Below are positions 50,901 through 64,000 of a stretch of 64,000 nt of DNA, in pieces. A program made the translations under genes and the position numbers. The stretch's first letter is position 1. Each line of letters begins with the position of its first letter. Location: positions 81,344,001 through 81,408,000 of the forward strand of contig OZ296655.1 in NCBI GenBank assembly GCA_965655095.1. The letters are read 5' to 3'. Origin of the DNA: Haplodiscus bocki (Eukaryota). Below the pieces are notes generated by a model. The model was given only the letters and a program-made list of their open reading frames with translations. It ran no database searches and was not told where the DNA came from.

Positions 50901-52330
50901 TTGTTTTAGCTTCAAGGATTTGATTCACATGTCACTTGTAATTCTTTCTTCCTGTCGCTGGTAGAAGTGTTCAATGCAAGTCTACTATCAATCCTTTGGC
51001 ACGTATGATGTGCAGCGACGAGATCAAAAGTTTTTTCTGTTTGGGCAACTATTGAGCTTTTTGTACCGTTTGTTGAGACAAATGGTCACTAAATCCATAT
51101 TACCTCGTGAGGATAAATGGCACGCCATCCATAATTTTGTTTCTGGTGGAAAATTTTTTCTTGCTGTTAGTGCCTTCATGCAAAACTGACTTTTTGGTTC
51201 TGCTGCGTTGCCTCTCGTGAGGAGTAGCGTGGATGTTGAGGATGTCGAGGAAGAAAAGTCGAACACACGTGTTGACGTCTAACATAGTAAACGAATCTCT
51301 GACGCCCTATATTAAACCTGCCAGAAGTAGTTTGAAATGAATCTGTGACGGCCTGTTGTCTCATAATTTGTGGATATCCGATCTTGTGGATGGCCTGCAA
51401 GTTTTTGACTACCTTTGAATTGTCAACAGATCAGGCTGCGTTGTGCTTTGGTTGATTGTACAACAAATTTAGCTTTCGGGGATTGGTGCCTAAAGGGACA
51501 AGTACTATCCTCGTAGAAGAGTTTATAGACTTGGTGCTTGATTTGCCGTAGAGCTATGTGAGTGATGACGTTAGTGGCTAGAGAATGAGGACTTGATTAC
51601 GTTTTTGTGAAAATGTCCCGAGTTTTGGCGGAAAACCAATTTATAAACGACGTTCCGCCTTAGTTGTCTTCGTGTAAAACCTTTCCCGCCTGTGTTTTCT
51701 GCTGTACAGGTTGGTTCAACCGCTTCTAAATCCAGGGGTCCCAAATTGGCCTGAAAAATTTGAGCCGGTAGAGAGTTGCTTGTTGTGTTATGTTGCTTGA
51801 ACCGTTATTAAGACTGACGTTGATTCAATTATCTCATTTGTAGAGCTGTTGCACACCTTCGCTGGTACCGCACTGCAGATTTGTTGTGGTGCGTGGTCCT
51901 ATGTACATATTCATGTAAAGTAACAAAATATTAAAGTCCTTGATGAATGGAATTCGAGGAGTTCGTTCTCTGTCAAGAGGTGATGACGCCAACTTGAGTT
52001 TCGTTACACCTGATACATGATGCCGTCAGAATCTTGTTCATAGTCAGCCCCAAAAATTGATGAAGCGAACGCCCGTTCTCTATTGAAATGTTGTGATTGT
52101 ATTTCCTTCTTTGCTCCATATTCGGGGGCTTTGTCAAACTGGACTTCTGTTTGTAAACTTTGAGTTTTGTGTGCTGAAGCATATATTGTAGTTTTAATTA
52201 GGTAAGTCACGAATGGATGGGACTGAAGGGCGAGAGCCTGCAAACCCTCCGGGGGGTCCTACTCCTTGGGAGGTCAGAGATAGTGAGCTTGTATTGGACT
52301 TGCTTCACTAATCCTCCTTACCTGAAAAAA
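48000..52330 (+). mobile_element. Inserted cassette encoding a decayed zinc-finger / hAT-like protein, ending in a hairpin and A-run
   Basis: Opposite strand to the host Gypsy; KFHCM.RVNVSMRARGNYEIKH.Y finger (about 49520-49600); GT-AG intron candidates (49953-50156); C-terminal CPEFWRK...FRLSCL block. Left boundary approximate. Confidence 0.45.
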
Positions 52331-52444
52331 TTTTTTGTTATGAGCCGATGGCGGTTACAAGAAAAAAAACGAAAAACAAAAGAAAAAAAAAGAAAAAAAT
52401 GGCTCTGTGGGCCATAATACTGATCAAATTTTTGCACCTTTTAT

Positions 52445-55400
52445 ATATCTGTATGAGTCTAAGAAGTTTGGGTTAAGGTTAGGTCGTAGACATTGTTTAC
52501 CACCACGCGAAAACTTTTCGTTTTGAATAGCTGTATCTGTTTTTGCGGTACGAAGAATCATTTTCGTAGTTGCTCTTGAACCTGGATTGAGTCGACTTTT
52601 TGAACTGTTACGTGATTGTAACAAAACATCTTTTTCAAAAGGGGCATCGGTAACTTTGCGTGTGTCAATTTTGGAGCATTGACGCATTCTTCAAATAAAT
52701 GTGTATCAGAGTGTGAAGCTTCAACATCTGAGTCGGACGCAATATTGTGCTTGCGCGGAAATCTAACGTCAACGCTGTGTTGAGTGAAAGAATCTCGACT
52801 GTCTGTGTGTTCAATCTTTACAGGATCATGGTACTATTCGGGGTGATCCCAGACGATCTAAGAGTCAGAGAATAAATTGTTTTTACAAGGCTATACTGTA
52901 CAAGTCATCCCGACGAATGACAATCCTTGGCGTAACAGTAACCTTCTAAGGGCGTATCGGTAGTGAAATATTCGAAGTCTGATACGATGTACAACTTGAG
53001 TTTTGATGGTGTTTCTTTTGCGGACTATGTAGTTTTCATCGGGTAGTACCTTTTGTACTACATGAGAGCCGATTCATCGAATTTTCCGAATACTTTTTTT
53101 GGAGCATTGGTGATCCACTTTAGGTTGTAATATTTAGCAGTTGTCTTTTTCTTGCAATGGGGAAGCGTTTCTGTTTTGTCGTAAAACTTTTGTATCTGGT
53201 ATATGACTGCATCACATTTTTTTTTTGCTTTTATCCTAAAAAATTTGTGTTCTTTGTCACAATTCATCTGCTAAATCTGTAGTTGGGACTTGACCAATTT
53301 TAGGTTTTGATCCGAGTTTTTGATCTAAAATGTTGTAAGGTACTCCTCTGTAAAATATTCGGCAACTTTCACATGTGATACTCATGTGATACGTTGTTTT
53401 GTAATTTGAAGTGGGTAGTGATAAGTATTTGTTCCATTGTTTGCCAAATTCCTATGAGGAGATTTTCAGTGACGTCTTCATTGTGGCATGCGTTGAGTCT
53501 AAGACTGCGGTGGTTTGTGCACGGTTAGAGATGGCATGACGGAGTGTGCCACTTTGGACGTCAACTATTTCCTGTAATACATATTAGACAAAAGTTGAGC
53601 CTCTGTCTGTTGTCGTTAAAGTAGGTAGATAAGCGTGTCCTGCCTGAATGTCAATGATAACTTTTTGTGTGTTAACAGATGTGGTACTGGATACCGGGTA
53701 TGCAAAGGCGTATCTTGAGAATAAATCGATTGCTGTGTTGATTTTCTCGTAAATTCCACCCTGCACTTGGTCGAAGTTATTGTAGCATCTCTATCTGAAT
53801 GCAGTTCTCTACACCTCATTCCCATTCAGGTATACTGACGAGTTCGATTGTAATTTGTGAGTTGCCAAAACATTAGTTTTGGACGCAGGTCTGACATTCG
53901 TTTACCCAATTATAGACGTGGTTTGCAAATTATGGTAATTATTCCTTTTGTCTGATTTATTGTAATATTTCAGAGATACCTGGGTGTTTGCCTGCCTTAC
54001 CGTGTAATGAGTTCAAAATTGTGTCTTTTCATTGCACTGGAAGTAACACTGGTAGATGGTAGTGTCGCCGACATCGTTGTAGTATTGTGTGTACAAGATA
54101 TCGTCTTTGTTTTCGACGCGTGTTGTTGTTTCGGCAGTAGCGAGTTTATCTGATAATTTTTGTTGAGATTTGTTCGTGGAAAGGTAATCCAAGCATTTGT
54201 CTTCTGAATTTAGGAAACACAAGATCTGCATTTGTTTCGATTATTATGCGTGGCACTTTGTTGATTGATTTGATGTTGTGCATTAGTGTGTATGTGCATT
54301 TGTCAGTTACATGCTTTTGTGACACAGTTATGACGGATTTTGCTTTACAGCTTTGCGATTTTCTTGTTTGCGTTGCCATAGCGTTTCTTCGAATGGCATT
54401 TCAAAATCGTCTGTGTGAAAAAAGACTTGATCGTTTGTGTTCTTCCAGTTGATTCAATGTTGACTTCAATTGGTTGTGTAAGAAGGTCTTTTCTGATTTC
54501 AAGGATAGTTTTAATAACCAAATTGGACTCCAAACGCGATAAAAAAATAGCAGTGTTCATTTTTCCGGTAATGTGTGCCATAGTAAGTTATATTGTAGGG
54601 CAAAATCGGAAGCATTCTTAAACGGTGATGAATTCGTTTTGGTTTGGAAACATCGTGTTACTGAATTACTGTCGGTCATGATGATGACTGGTTTTAGTTT
54701 TCTCCAAAAAAATGTCCAAGTTCATTAAACGCTAATTGCCTCGTTCAGAATTCTTTGGCGTAAATAGATGTTTTTTGTGAGGCAGTGAACTATTTGGAAC
54801 CAAATGCCTTTGTGGCATAAGTTTTGCGTGTTGACGTAAGTTTTCGGTTGGGATCAATTTCCATCAAAACTGCATATCCTGAAAACTTGCTTCAGTCAAT
54901 AGAATTAGTTGTTTGCCAGGTATTGGCTGTCTTACTGCTAGGTGACAGCATTTATCCAGGAGATCATTATTCTCACTGAATTCGTTCAAGAGCTCCGATT
55001 TGAAGATGATCTTGTCTTCGTTTTTTGTTGTTTTATGGAGCGGGAACAAAAAGCTTAGTCTTTCTGCTAAACGTGGTATGTATTTGTGCTAGTAATTTAG
55101 CAAGCCAATGGATCACCGTAATGCCTTTTTAGAGCGAGGATAGTTGGCTGTTTTCAAAAATTTCGTGATTTTTCTCTTCCTGTGGGGAGACGCCGTTCGG
55201 TATAATGGTTCGTCCAAAGAAATCAACTTTTTTTTCCACAGTTACTTTTTAGCATGGGGAGTTTCAATCCTGCATTTTGAATGGTAAGTTGGTGATCAGC
55301 TGTTCAAGCGTATTTGCGGCAACTCCGATGTCACCCGAGTTGATCAAATTGTCCGAATTGATCAGCTTTGATGAATGGGTCTAAATATTTACGCATAAAA

Positions 55401-56420
55401 TTTGAGAAGGCTGACAGGGATCTGTTCAGATCTTGTGTTAGTCATCGACATGCAAAAACGTTTTGCTGGCAAAGTAAATGCGAGCACTTTTATTGATCCT
55501 TGGTCTGACGTTTTTGAGCAGTGATAAGCCTGGGAACGGTCAAGTTTACGAAATACTGTTTTCCATGCGGTATTTTGTGCAGCGGCTGTTATTGTGCTGA
55601 CTGGGTGATAGTTGTTTATGTAGTTGTCTGACATCAGCTTATTGATTTTTCTTAAATCTACAAGTAGGCGTAGTTTAAAGTTTGGTTTTCTTTGCCCGAA
55701 AATGAAACTGGCATCTTTACTGAATGGCAAAGTGGTAATAATGCCGCCCTATTCATGTAATAGGGTAAGTCCACTGTGATTACTTGTTTCAGATTACTTG
55801 GTGTTTTTAGGTTTTGACTAAAAGCGGGACTTTCGTCGATTGGAGCCATTTTTAGTTTGAAGCCATAATTGAGACCAATGTCGAATCTGCGCCTTGCCAA
55901 TATGTCCTGGAGTTCAACAAGTGTCTATTCAATGGCTTCACGTGCCATTGTTGCCTCAGTACAATCGGACTCGGATAAAAATGGGTCCAAGGGTTCTTGG
56001 TTGTCTTGTGGTTCATTTGTTCAAGCTTCTTTAAAACTATCAATTCTTGAAGTAAACGCATCTGTGTTGGTGTAGTTTGAGGTTTTGTGAAAATAAGTCT
56101 AGGTCTGAAAAGCGATTTTGTTGAAGTTTAAGACAGTTGTGGGTTTACTGTCCATAAACCAACCAACGCAGCGTCAGAGTTTATCTGATACGTGTGAGTC
56201 TGTGTTTATATCATCGTCTTCAGTTTGCTCTGGTGGCCAGTTAAAACTTTGTTTGAACTCAAGTTTTTTCTTTATCGTAAAAATCATCAACCCAGTAAGT
56301 ATCTCGTCGATACTGTGGGTCAATATACTGCGGCTTCTAATCTGGTTTTTCCGGTAAAGATCGAAACGTCCTAAGAATTCCTTGTTTGGGTATATTTTCG
56401 TGAGTATAAACTTCATTTAT
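52445..56420 (-). pseudogene. pol: pol of element B: RT, RNase H, integrase (protease region deleted or unrecognisable)
   Basis: RKPNFKLRLLVDLRKIN...KLDRSQAYH (55389-55730); LILLTEAS (RNase H); AIDLFSRYAFAYP...TDRGSTF (53584-53766); C-terminal RGGK..LRPNLNP. Confidence 0.88.
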
Positions 56421-57784
56421 CATTTACTGCTTTTTTGCATCGTTTTATGTAAGTTGTTTCTATGTGTTGCTCCCACACAACTGATGGGAAACCCTTAGTT
56501 TTTGTTCCATAGGCGTGGTAAAGTATAGTTGGTGGGACGGATATTACTAATTGAGTTGCATGTTCTATAGGCGGCTTATGGAATTATACGTATTGATATG
56601 AGAGTCCAATAGGTGACCAGTGGAGTTTTAGCTTTTTCGGCTTAAAGGATTCTTGAGGACAGAGGTCGGGGAATTTTGTGTACACAAACTTGGTGTATTA
56701 CTATCGTCTGTTGAGTCATGAGGATTATAGGTTTTGTAAATTTGGGTCTATTAGGCTCGTTTGGGCCTTTCCAGCACATATTTGTTGTGTGGCTATATCT
56801 TTCGCAAAGTGGCCAAGGTGGGTGTGTCTTCACAATTAGTCGTCAGTAGTTGTTTTCCACCTTGTCGTTCCTGCTCTTTACGAATGCGTTGCCAATATTC
56901 TTGAATGACATGTACTGAATTTTTGCAAAAACGGCATAATAATTGATGCTGTTCGGCGTTTTGTGATTGAACTTGTTTGTTTACTATCGTTGTTATGGTT
57001 GCCATCGTGGTAAGAGATAATCCTAAGTCTGATTCCAACACATTCAATTCGAGTTATCTTTCTAAATGTGCGACTTTACTTTTTGAGCGTGTATGACATT
57101 TTCTAATTTGTCCAAATTCATTGACTTTTTTAGGTATGGGGGTAATTTTACATTTAGTAAATTGTCTGTCATTTGCTGTACAAGAGGACCGAAAGCTCCC
57201 TCGTCTCATTCATTTGATTTTTCAAGCATATCTCAGAGTGATTACGACAGAGTGCGAGTTTAGGCCATTTGTGTTTTGCTGTGGCTTCTGACGGTGGTCT
57301 TACGTACTTTCCTCTGAAAATGATGAAATTTTCTTCGACTGTTCGTTTTTTGTTGGGATACTTCTTCCCAAAAGTTTTTAGTGCTTCTTTTCGAAGATGT
57401 GAACGAAAACGATTAATTTTAAACGCTTCCGTCATTTCAGGTTGCTTTTTGAACATCGTTTGAAAAAGGTCTTTCAACAGTTCAAATTCCTTATTCCTGC
57501 CGTCTAAGATTAGTGTGTTCGTTGATTTTGGTTTGAAGAGTGCTGGCGGCGTTTGGGGACGTTGTTGAGCTGCAATACCTGCAAATGCCTCGACAAGTCT
57601 GTTGATGGTGTTGCTTCAGTCTGAGATTTATCTCTGCGGTTTTTGCAAAATTATTGGCAATTTGTTGTTGTGTGAAATGTGTGTTGCAATGTTTTGCGGG
57701 TGAGTGAGTTGCTGTCAAAAATGATTGTTTTGAGTTGGACACCATGTGAAAAATGAGTGATGGCTTTTTTGTGCGGCCTTAGGT

Positions 57785-57794
57785 CCTGTCACTA
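57785..57794 (-). other. Primer-binding site relic of element B
   Basis: TAGTGACAGG (from TGGTGACAGG) abutting the LTR end; element A has ...TGACAGG at the same position (23632-23638). Confidence 0.55.
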
Positions 57795-58194
57795 AGTGAT
57801 GAGTGTGAGCTTGCCGGTCATGTTTGGGTACTAATGCCCGAAAGTTGCCATCCTCGAAATTTTCGAAATCAGGAGTCTCCGTAACTCTGTCTTCATCATT
57901 GTTTAGACGTAATCGGTTAGAAGTCGACTTCAGTGGAGTCATTACTGGGTTCCCTATCACAAACCTTCTATCGGGGATTTGGAGTGCAAAACTGGGCCCA
58001 CATCCTGTTGAATCGGTGACTGATCTCACGGCCATCTCAACTAGTGGATTAAGTACATTGTCCGTTGCTGCCAAATTTGTTTCGTGAAAGCTATTTCAGA
58101 CAGTCTTCACTGCACTGTCTACGAGTTTTCTTCTTTTCTCATCAATAATGTTTCCTTTGTTCTGATTTGGACATGAACTGATGTTAGCATCAAC

Positions 58195-58243
<49 letters not shown>

Positions 58244-59488
58244 GATTTTCATAACGACCAATAGTCTGGATTTCGGAAGTCTCAATTTCTATTGCACCTA
58301 CATTGATATAGCTACGAATGACAAAATCATTCAATGTTTCTTTTAACTTACTATGCATTTTTTTCCTCTGGTTCCTTCTTTTGCTTGTACAAAACTTTTT
58401 CGAGAAAATATTTAAGTTGGGGCTCAGAACGTAAATCAAAAAGTGGAATGAACAGTTGTTTCAAGATTTCAACGTGACTGGTTCTAGTCTCATGACAAAG
58501 TAAAGTGTTTTCGCAATCATACAAATTGATTTTTAACAATCTAGTGGTAACACTATGATGATAATGTTTTCTCAACTGGTCGATGGAAAAATTTTCTTAA
58601 TTTCTTCTCCCAATTTTCCATCTGGTCAGGTTTTGCTGTGGCAAAAATGATTGTCTTCATTTTCATTCTTTGTCCAATTAGATTTTCATTGAGTAGTCGT
58701 ATTTTGCCGGGTTCGAGACTGAAATGATAACATCAAAAAGGAAATTACCGGTTTATCATGACGTCACCTTTACGCAGTTCTAATATTTCCGGTAAAATTC
58801 TAAAAAAAAATAACGAAAGAATATGAAAAAACCGCTATTGCATGACTATCAAAATAAATGAATAAAAGTAACTGCCATATTGATAAAATTTCTGGATAAA
58901 AGAGTTTCATGTGATTTTACTTTATTGCAGAGGTAAAATGAGTAAATGAAAAAGTGTCATAGTATATTTCATTTGACATACTTACGACATACCACTAATT
59001 CAACTTGATTGGACGCGGTAATGATTTATGTCAGAAAAAGGAGTTAGAAGTACATTTGACGCTAGTCGTCAAGGACTTTATATTAATTCTCAATTTCAAT
59101 AGAAATAAAGGGAAACACTTTTACTTAGGTTAAACAGTTAAAAAAATGTAAACTATTCTATTGTTGAATTTATTATGTAAACAAAGCTTGTTTTTGTAAA
59201 TGTACTGCAATCATCTTTTTTGCGGCCACTTCTTTGCGTCAGTTTCCTGGTTATTGATATGCTTTTGACACAAATTTTAAATGGTGTTAGTCAAAGGAAG
59301 TAAAAGCTTGGCTATCGTCGGCAACGTCAAAATCACGTCTATAGCACTTTTTTCGAGGTTGAAACTTTCAAGTTGCTAGTTTTCCAATCAATGGCTGGTT
59401 ACGCTAGAGTTAGCCAATCGGAATTTGACAGAGCTATGCACAATTTGAAAAAATAGTACTACATTGAACTCGCTTCTTTCTCTGTGAT
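57795..59488 (-). repeat. 5' LTR of element B
   Basis: Direct repeat of 44492-46168. Confidence 0.8.
58201..58240. repeat. (CT)20 microsatellite
   Basis: Perfect CT run. Confidence 0.95.
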
Positions 59489-62400
59489 CCATATGGTGAT
59501 TTCGGAAGAATGTCGATAGTTTTCAATACCAGATTTGTTTTGGCCTTAAAATAGAACAGAGTTAACAAAACGACTTCCTTCAATGAAAAATTTTCGAATG
59601 GCTTCAGTTTCTTTTTTGATCGCCAAAACAGATATCAGAAGAGGCTTTTCAAGGGAGTTCTTCGGCAGTGAAAATGTAATTTTCGAAATTTTGAGATTTA
59701 TGGGACGAATATTTCTTTTATACTTTTTTTTGCGCGAAAACTCTGAAAATGTTGAATTGCTTCATGGCAGCAGAAAAGGGGAGAAATTTTGGGAGACCGG
59801 ATTAATTTGTCAAAACCCTTAAAAATATCAAACAAAAACCTTTCCTTTGCTGAAAAAGTCCAATGTGTTAAAACATTCAAAAAGTTTCGTAATTTTTGCG
59901 TTACGGCTAACGCTCAAAGTTAACAAAAGCAGTTCAATAGGTTTAAATCCACGGAAAATTGAAACTAACCTCAAGAGATTTCAGCCCAACATGGGGGCTC
60001 GAATTCTGTCGGATTGTAGATAAGTACCCAAACTATTCTGTGCAGTTTGTTTATTTGACAATTAAAGTTGTCCTGCAAGCTACTAAAGATGATAAAGGAA
60101 GTAAAGTTTTCTCAACGAGTAAGGGTTTCGAGCACTCTGGTGATAATTGGTTGGGGAAGAATGGATGCCCTTGGCAACCCAGGAATAGGAGAGAATAATT
60201 CTTAGAAAATTTTAAAAAAATATGCCAACTAAATTGAAGTTCTCCATTTCGGATAACTTTTCGCTGCCACTGCGGCAACTTGACAAGGTTTGCATATTAT
60301 TCGATTGGAATTGAAGAAAGTGATGACAAAATTGAAGAAAAGTTAAAAATTCATTTGTACCCAATTTCTACTATCAGCCCATTAGTCAGTAGGTCTGACA
60401 GAACTGACATGCGCTGTTGTCCTACTGGTGGCGCTAGAAACAGCTTGATGCCATTTTTGAGCCATTTCGCGCGACTGAAGAAATCGTAATTTCACTCACT
60501 CGCTTAACGAAAACAACTTACTCTCGCCTTCCCTCTACTCTCTCCCACTCTTCAAGTTTTGAACTTTCCTCCTATCTTTGCCATTCTCAATCATTCAAAA
60601 TCTTCCCAGTCAAAGTCCTAATTAGCTGCAAAAGTGGCATCATCGAAAATTTATTCGGTCAGACTTCAACTTGGCTGCGAAGCGCTCATCCTGGAAAACA
60701 GTCTGAGTCAGACCTTGACTCAGCTGCAAAACCTCCAAAATTCTGAAAAAGCAGCCATTCTTCACCTCTCAATACCGACAAAAGTATCCTAAAGTAAAGA
60801 TTGCTATCTGCGGCGCTTTCCCATTTGACGATTACTCGTTGACGCCATAAAGATGTATAAATACTCTGTGCACTCTCATATTATTCATCCGCCTTCTACA
60901 GTTTACTAGACTACCTCCCCGAGGAGAAACTCTCTTCCACTTCATCGAAACTTTAGCCAAATGATCCTATTGGCTCTCGTCCAGAATTGAAACGATACCT
61001 GAAGAAACATGTATAATTACCCAGTACGTACACTTCGATAATATTCATTCGCTCGCTACAATTCACCTCCTCATTTCCACGAGGCGAAACTTTTTCGACC
61101 ACCTCCTCAACTGTTAACTTCTCTGACATGGATCTTCTCCTATCAACCCTCAGCCAGCAAAACCAAAGCTGTACGATCAACTAACACCCAGTTAAAGTAC
61201 TCGAACTTCAACTCAGCTCTTCAACTCCAATGATGGTATCAGTGAGTCTTTCCTTTTGGTTACAAGCAGAGCAAATCTCGGTACAATGTTTTCACAGTTT
61301 TTTTGTACTTCAAACCCAGTGAGATATTAATGTACTAGTTGTTCGCAATTTGTAAAAATAAAAGATAAACCTCATCAATATTTTCACGAGTGAAATATCG
61401 CGTTTGAGAAAAAGGGAGATAGGAGAAATGGCTCAGTAACTGCGAAACTATGGGGAAACAGTATCTTTGATGAAAACTGAAAAATTTAAAATATATAAAC
61501 CCCTCCAATGAATCCGAAGAATGCGTTACTGTATGGGACAAAACAGGAACTAAGTTCATTCGACCAGTTACTAGATTATACAAGTACTGAGTTCTTAAAA
61601 AACGCTAAAATACATGAAAGTGCCTGGTCATTGGATTAACGCTTGACTGAAGGAGGACTGTTAGAGACTTGACTTGGATGATTGCTTTTGCGCATGTTAA
61701 CACAATCTCAGATAAAAAATGATTTCCCGTGCATTAACACCGTTCGACTTATGTTACGGCCTGAACATAAGGGACTTATAGAAAATGACTCCGGTGACTG
61801 CTTTTATGACATGTTACCAAAGTTTTAGCTAAAGTGATAATATATAAAAAAACGGTAAAACAAAAAACAAAAAGAAACAAAAAACAGGCGCAAAAGCGAA
61901 ACAACGAGTGTAATCAATTGTCCGAGCCAGAAGGAAAACAGCTAAAAAACATACCTCAACATAGTTCTTGAAAGGGATAAAGACTTCCAGTTTTTTTTGG
62001 AAAACTTGTAGAACCTACCGTTGTCGATTGCTGTTTTTTCACATGTTCGAATTATCCAAATAAAATATTTGCTACTTTTGATTTGATATGTTACTTTTAA
62101 TTAAATGCTGCAATGCGTTAAACTTCGACTTTTTATATACATATATTCATTCGTTGTCTTGGATTATTCAAAAAAAATAATTTTGATTCTGTGATGTCGG
62201 CGAAATTTCTGTGGATATCTTGTACTCGGGGATAATAAATTTGTGGATAATGTTTTCTTTTGATTTTCAGGAGAAAATTGATTGCTCTATATCATAGTTG
62301 ATGATGTGCAGTACGTTTTCAATACAGCTGTTTCGTTGGCGTCCTTAGGTTCTATAGATTCGATTCAAGAAGGTTGGAGGACAGCTGCTGAAGTTTTTAG

Positions 62401-62899
62401 TTTGGATATCTCAAATGCCACCCGTAATAGTCTCACGCTTCCGAAATTTCACCTTATCTTATGCTCATTTACTTTGTCCCAGTTGGTTGTCGTTTCCGTG
62501 TTTTCATCAATTATTTCATCTCTTAACTAGTATTTTTTTGCTCACCAAGTTCTTGCTAGTAGAACCTACTCAATTTTGATTGCGCGGTTTAGCAAAGTGA
62601 AATTACACAGATAAGAACATCGTAAGCTTCTGAGTCTTTCTTAGAAAAAAGCCAAGATGTATAACCGCACCCGCCGTTTAGCAAAATTAGCTAAAGCGAA
62701 ACAAGAGCATTTATAATTGCTCATTAGTTGAACAACTACGCATCTGTACGTGCAACAAATTGAATCGACCAATGAGGTTCTTCCGTGAGCTTTTTTTCTA
62801 CTTATTTTGAGTAATGGGTGCAGTTTTCTTCGGAAGTCTTTTTGTATGAAAGAAAGCGCTGACTATCTTGCTGAAGCTATCCATATTCTTCCATTCCTT

Positions 62900-64000
62900 T
62901 TGGTGTTCTTTTTAGTCAGCCTATTTTTTTTTGAATTTTGTGTGTCTGTTGTATTTCGCTCCCATTTGTTATTGACACTAAACTCCAAAAGACAAGGCAG
63001 AAATCCACCCGGTCATACCTTGGCTCAAGGAAGTTTTTCCGGAAAAAAAGACAAAGCAATTATGACGCTTTACTTCTTCATCGTAGCAGTCAGAACTCTC
63101 CTCCTAATACCTCTTTACCTCTTGGCTGCTACCAAAATACGCAGAATCATTTTTTTAGCCCATTGGAAACCTGAACGCTGGTTTTCTCAATTTTCCTTGT
63201 TTTTGTGCTTTCCCGTATCCGCCTTTTTTAACATTTGGGCTCGTTCCTGTGCATTTTTTGCCCCGCTCCTCTCCACACCTAATACACACGCAAGGTTTTC
63301 GACGCCTAGTTGCTATTTTTCCTGATTTTTTTCCGCGCTTTTGTCAAAAACTGGAAAAGGTGCTCTCCAATAAGGAAGGTTACTGTTCTGTTGTTCATTC
63401 ATCAGAAACTAATTGTTACTATTCAATTTGTCGTCAATCTGGCAAAAACGTTGCTACCCCTTCTTTTTACATAACCTCATCCTAATGAGACACGACGTGT
63501 TTTTGAGCCGATATTTCCCCCTCCTTGCTGCACTGGTGAAGCTCCTGGGATCAAGCTATTTGCCGGCTATCGTCAACCAGGTAGAAGTTTTACGAAAATC
63601 CGCTAACAACAAATAGATCTCACAGAAGTTGGAAACTCCTGCAGTGAGTTGGGACAATATACCTGAAGACGAGTGCAAGCACGTACCGTTAAAATGCCCC
63701 TGAATTGTAACTGCTGAACATGAAACTCTAATGGTGATAATTACCTGTTTGAAGTGAAGTTTCAACTTCGGTTTTTGGATTCGGGTCAGAGTACGTCCGG
63801 AGGGAAATTCATAACTTTGGCGCCGAATAGAACTAGATGATCATCACCTTTTGCTTACGTCTTCTTCTGATTCACTTATTTTATACGAAATTTTACCCAC
63901 TTAAACTCCTATTAACTTGAAGTTCTGGAAGAGCTAACAGAATGTCTGGGTCTCAAGTCTGAGTGAAACATTATGGCTTCAACTCACCTAGCCCACCCTG
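62900..64000 (-). pseudogene. Possible Mutator/MULE transposase C-terminal relic (SWIM plus zinc knuckle)
   Basis: VSCS....FNGTCLH (SWIM-like, ORF 63556-63765) followed by CIRCGE.G..NA.T.P, resembling the CxxC...GHNxRTCP knuckle, near 63240-63290. Confidence 0.35.

Larger units (their letters stand above)
56640..58400 (-). pseudogene. gag: gag of element B (about 200 codons inside the LTR)
   Basis: LFQTMFK.QPEMTEAFKINRFRSHLRKEAL; zinc-knuckle relics CRFCKNSVH and LCERYSH..MCW; ORFs 57715-58074 and 58119-58439 lie in the LTR. Confidence 0.75.
44492..59488 (-). mobile_element. Degenerate Ty3/Gypsy LTR retrotransposon (element B); outer 5' LTR end unresolved
   Basis: Direct repeats 44492-46168 and 57795-59488 flank minus-strand gag, RT, RNase H and integrase; no TSD found. 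Confidence 0.85.

Noticed and set aside
60421-60437. CTCF-like motif CCTACTGGTGGCGCTAG
   Set aside because: A single imperfect match is expected by chance.
62807-63325. 172-aa hydrophobic plus-strand ORF as a membrane protein
   Set aside because: It is the antisense shadow of a Lys/Glu-rich minus-strand transposase tail.

Overview
AT-rich eukaryotic (probably invertebrate) genomic DNA with two assembly gaps. It consists almost entirely of old, frameshifted mobile elements, and I see no intact host gene. From left to right: (1) 1-9474, a decayed Adintovirus/Polinton-like endogenous virus with penton, hexon, adenain protease, fibre-like repeat protein, membrane protein, core protein, HNH nuclease, rve integrase and the start of pPolB. 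(2) About 12-17.8 kb, remnants of a second, different Polinton/Maverick on the minus strand (packaging ATPase, capsid-like fragments). (3) A full-length 15.5 kb Ty3/Gypsy element (21517-37027, perfect ATCGG TSD); it split a MITE and carries another MITE in its 5' LTR. (4) A cluster of CCC...GGG-ended MITEs with palindromic subterminal repeats. (5) A second Ty3/Gypsy element on the minus strand (44492 to about 59490), interrupted by a hAT-like cassette that ends in a hairpin and an A-run. (6) A probable MULE transposase remnant at the right edge. The most unusual features are shared by both Gypsy families: 100-200 codons of Gag inside the LTR, an in-frame ATG formed at the LTR/PBS junction, and extra ORFs behind pol preceded by splice-acceptor-like tracts. 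All protein calls come from recognising motifs by eye across frameshifts; no database search was run, and identity values are by-eye estimates.
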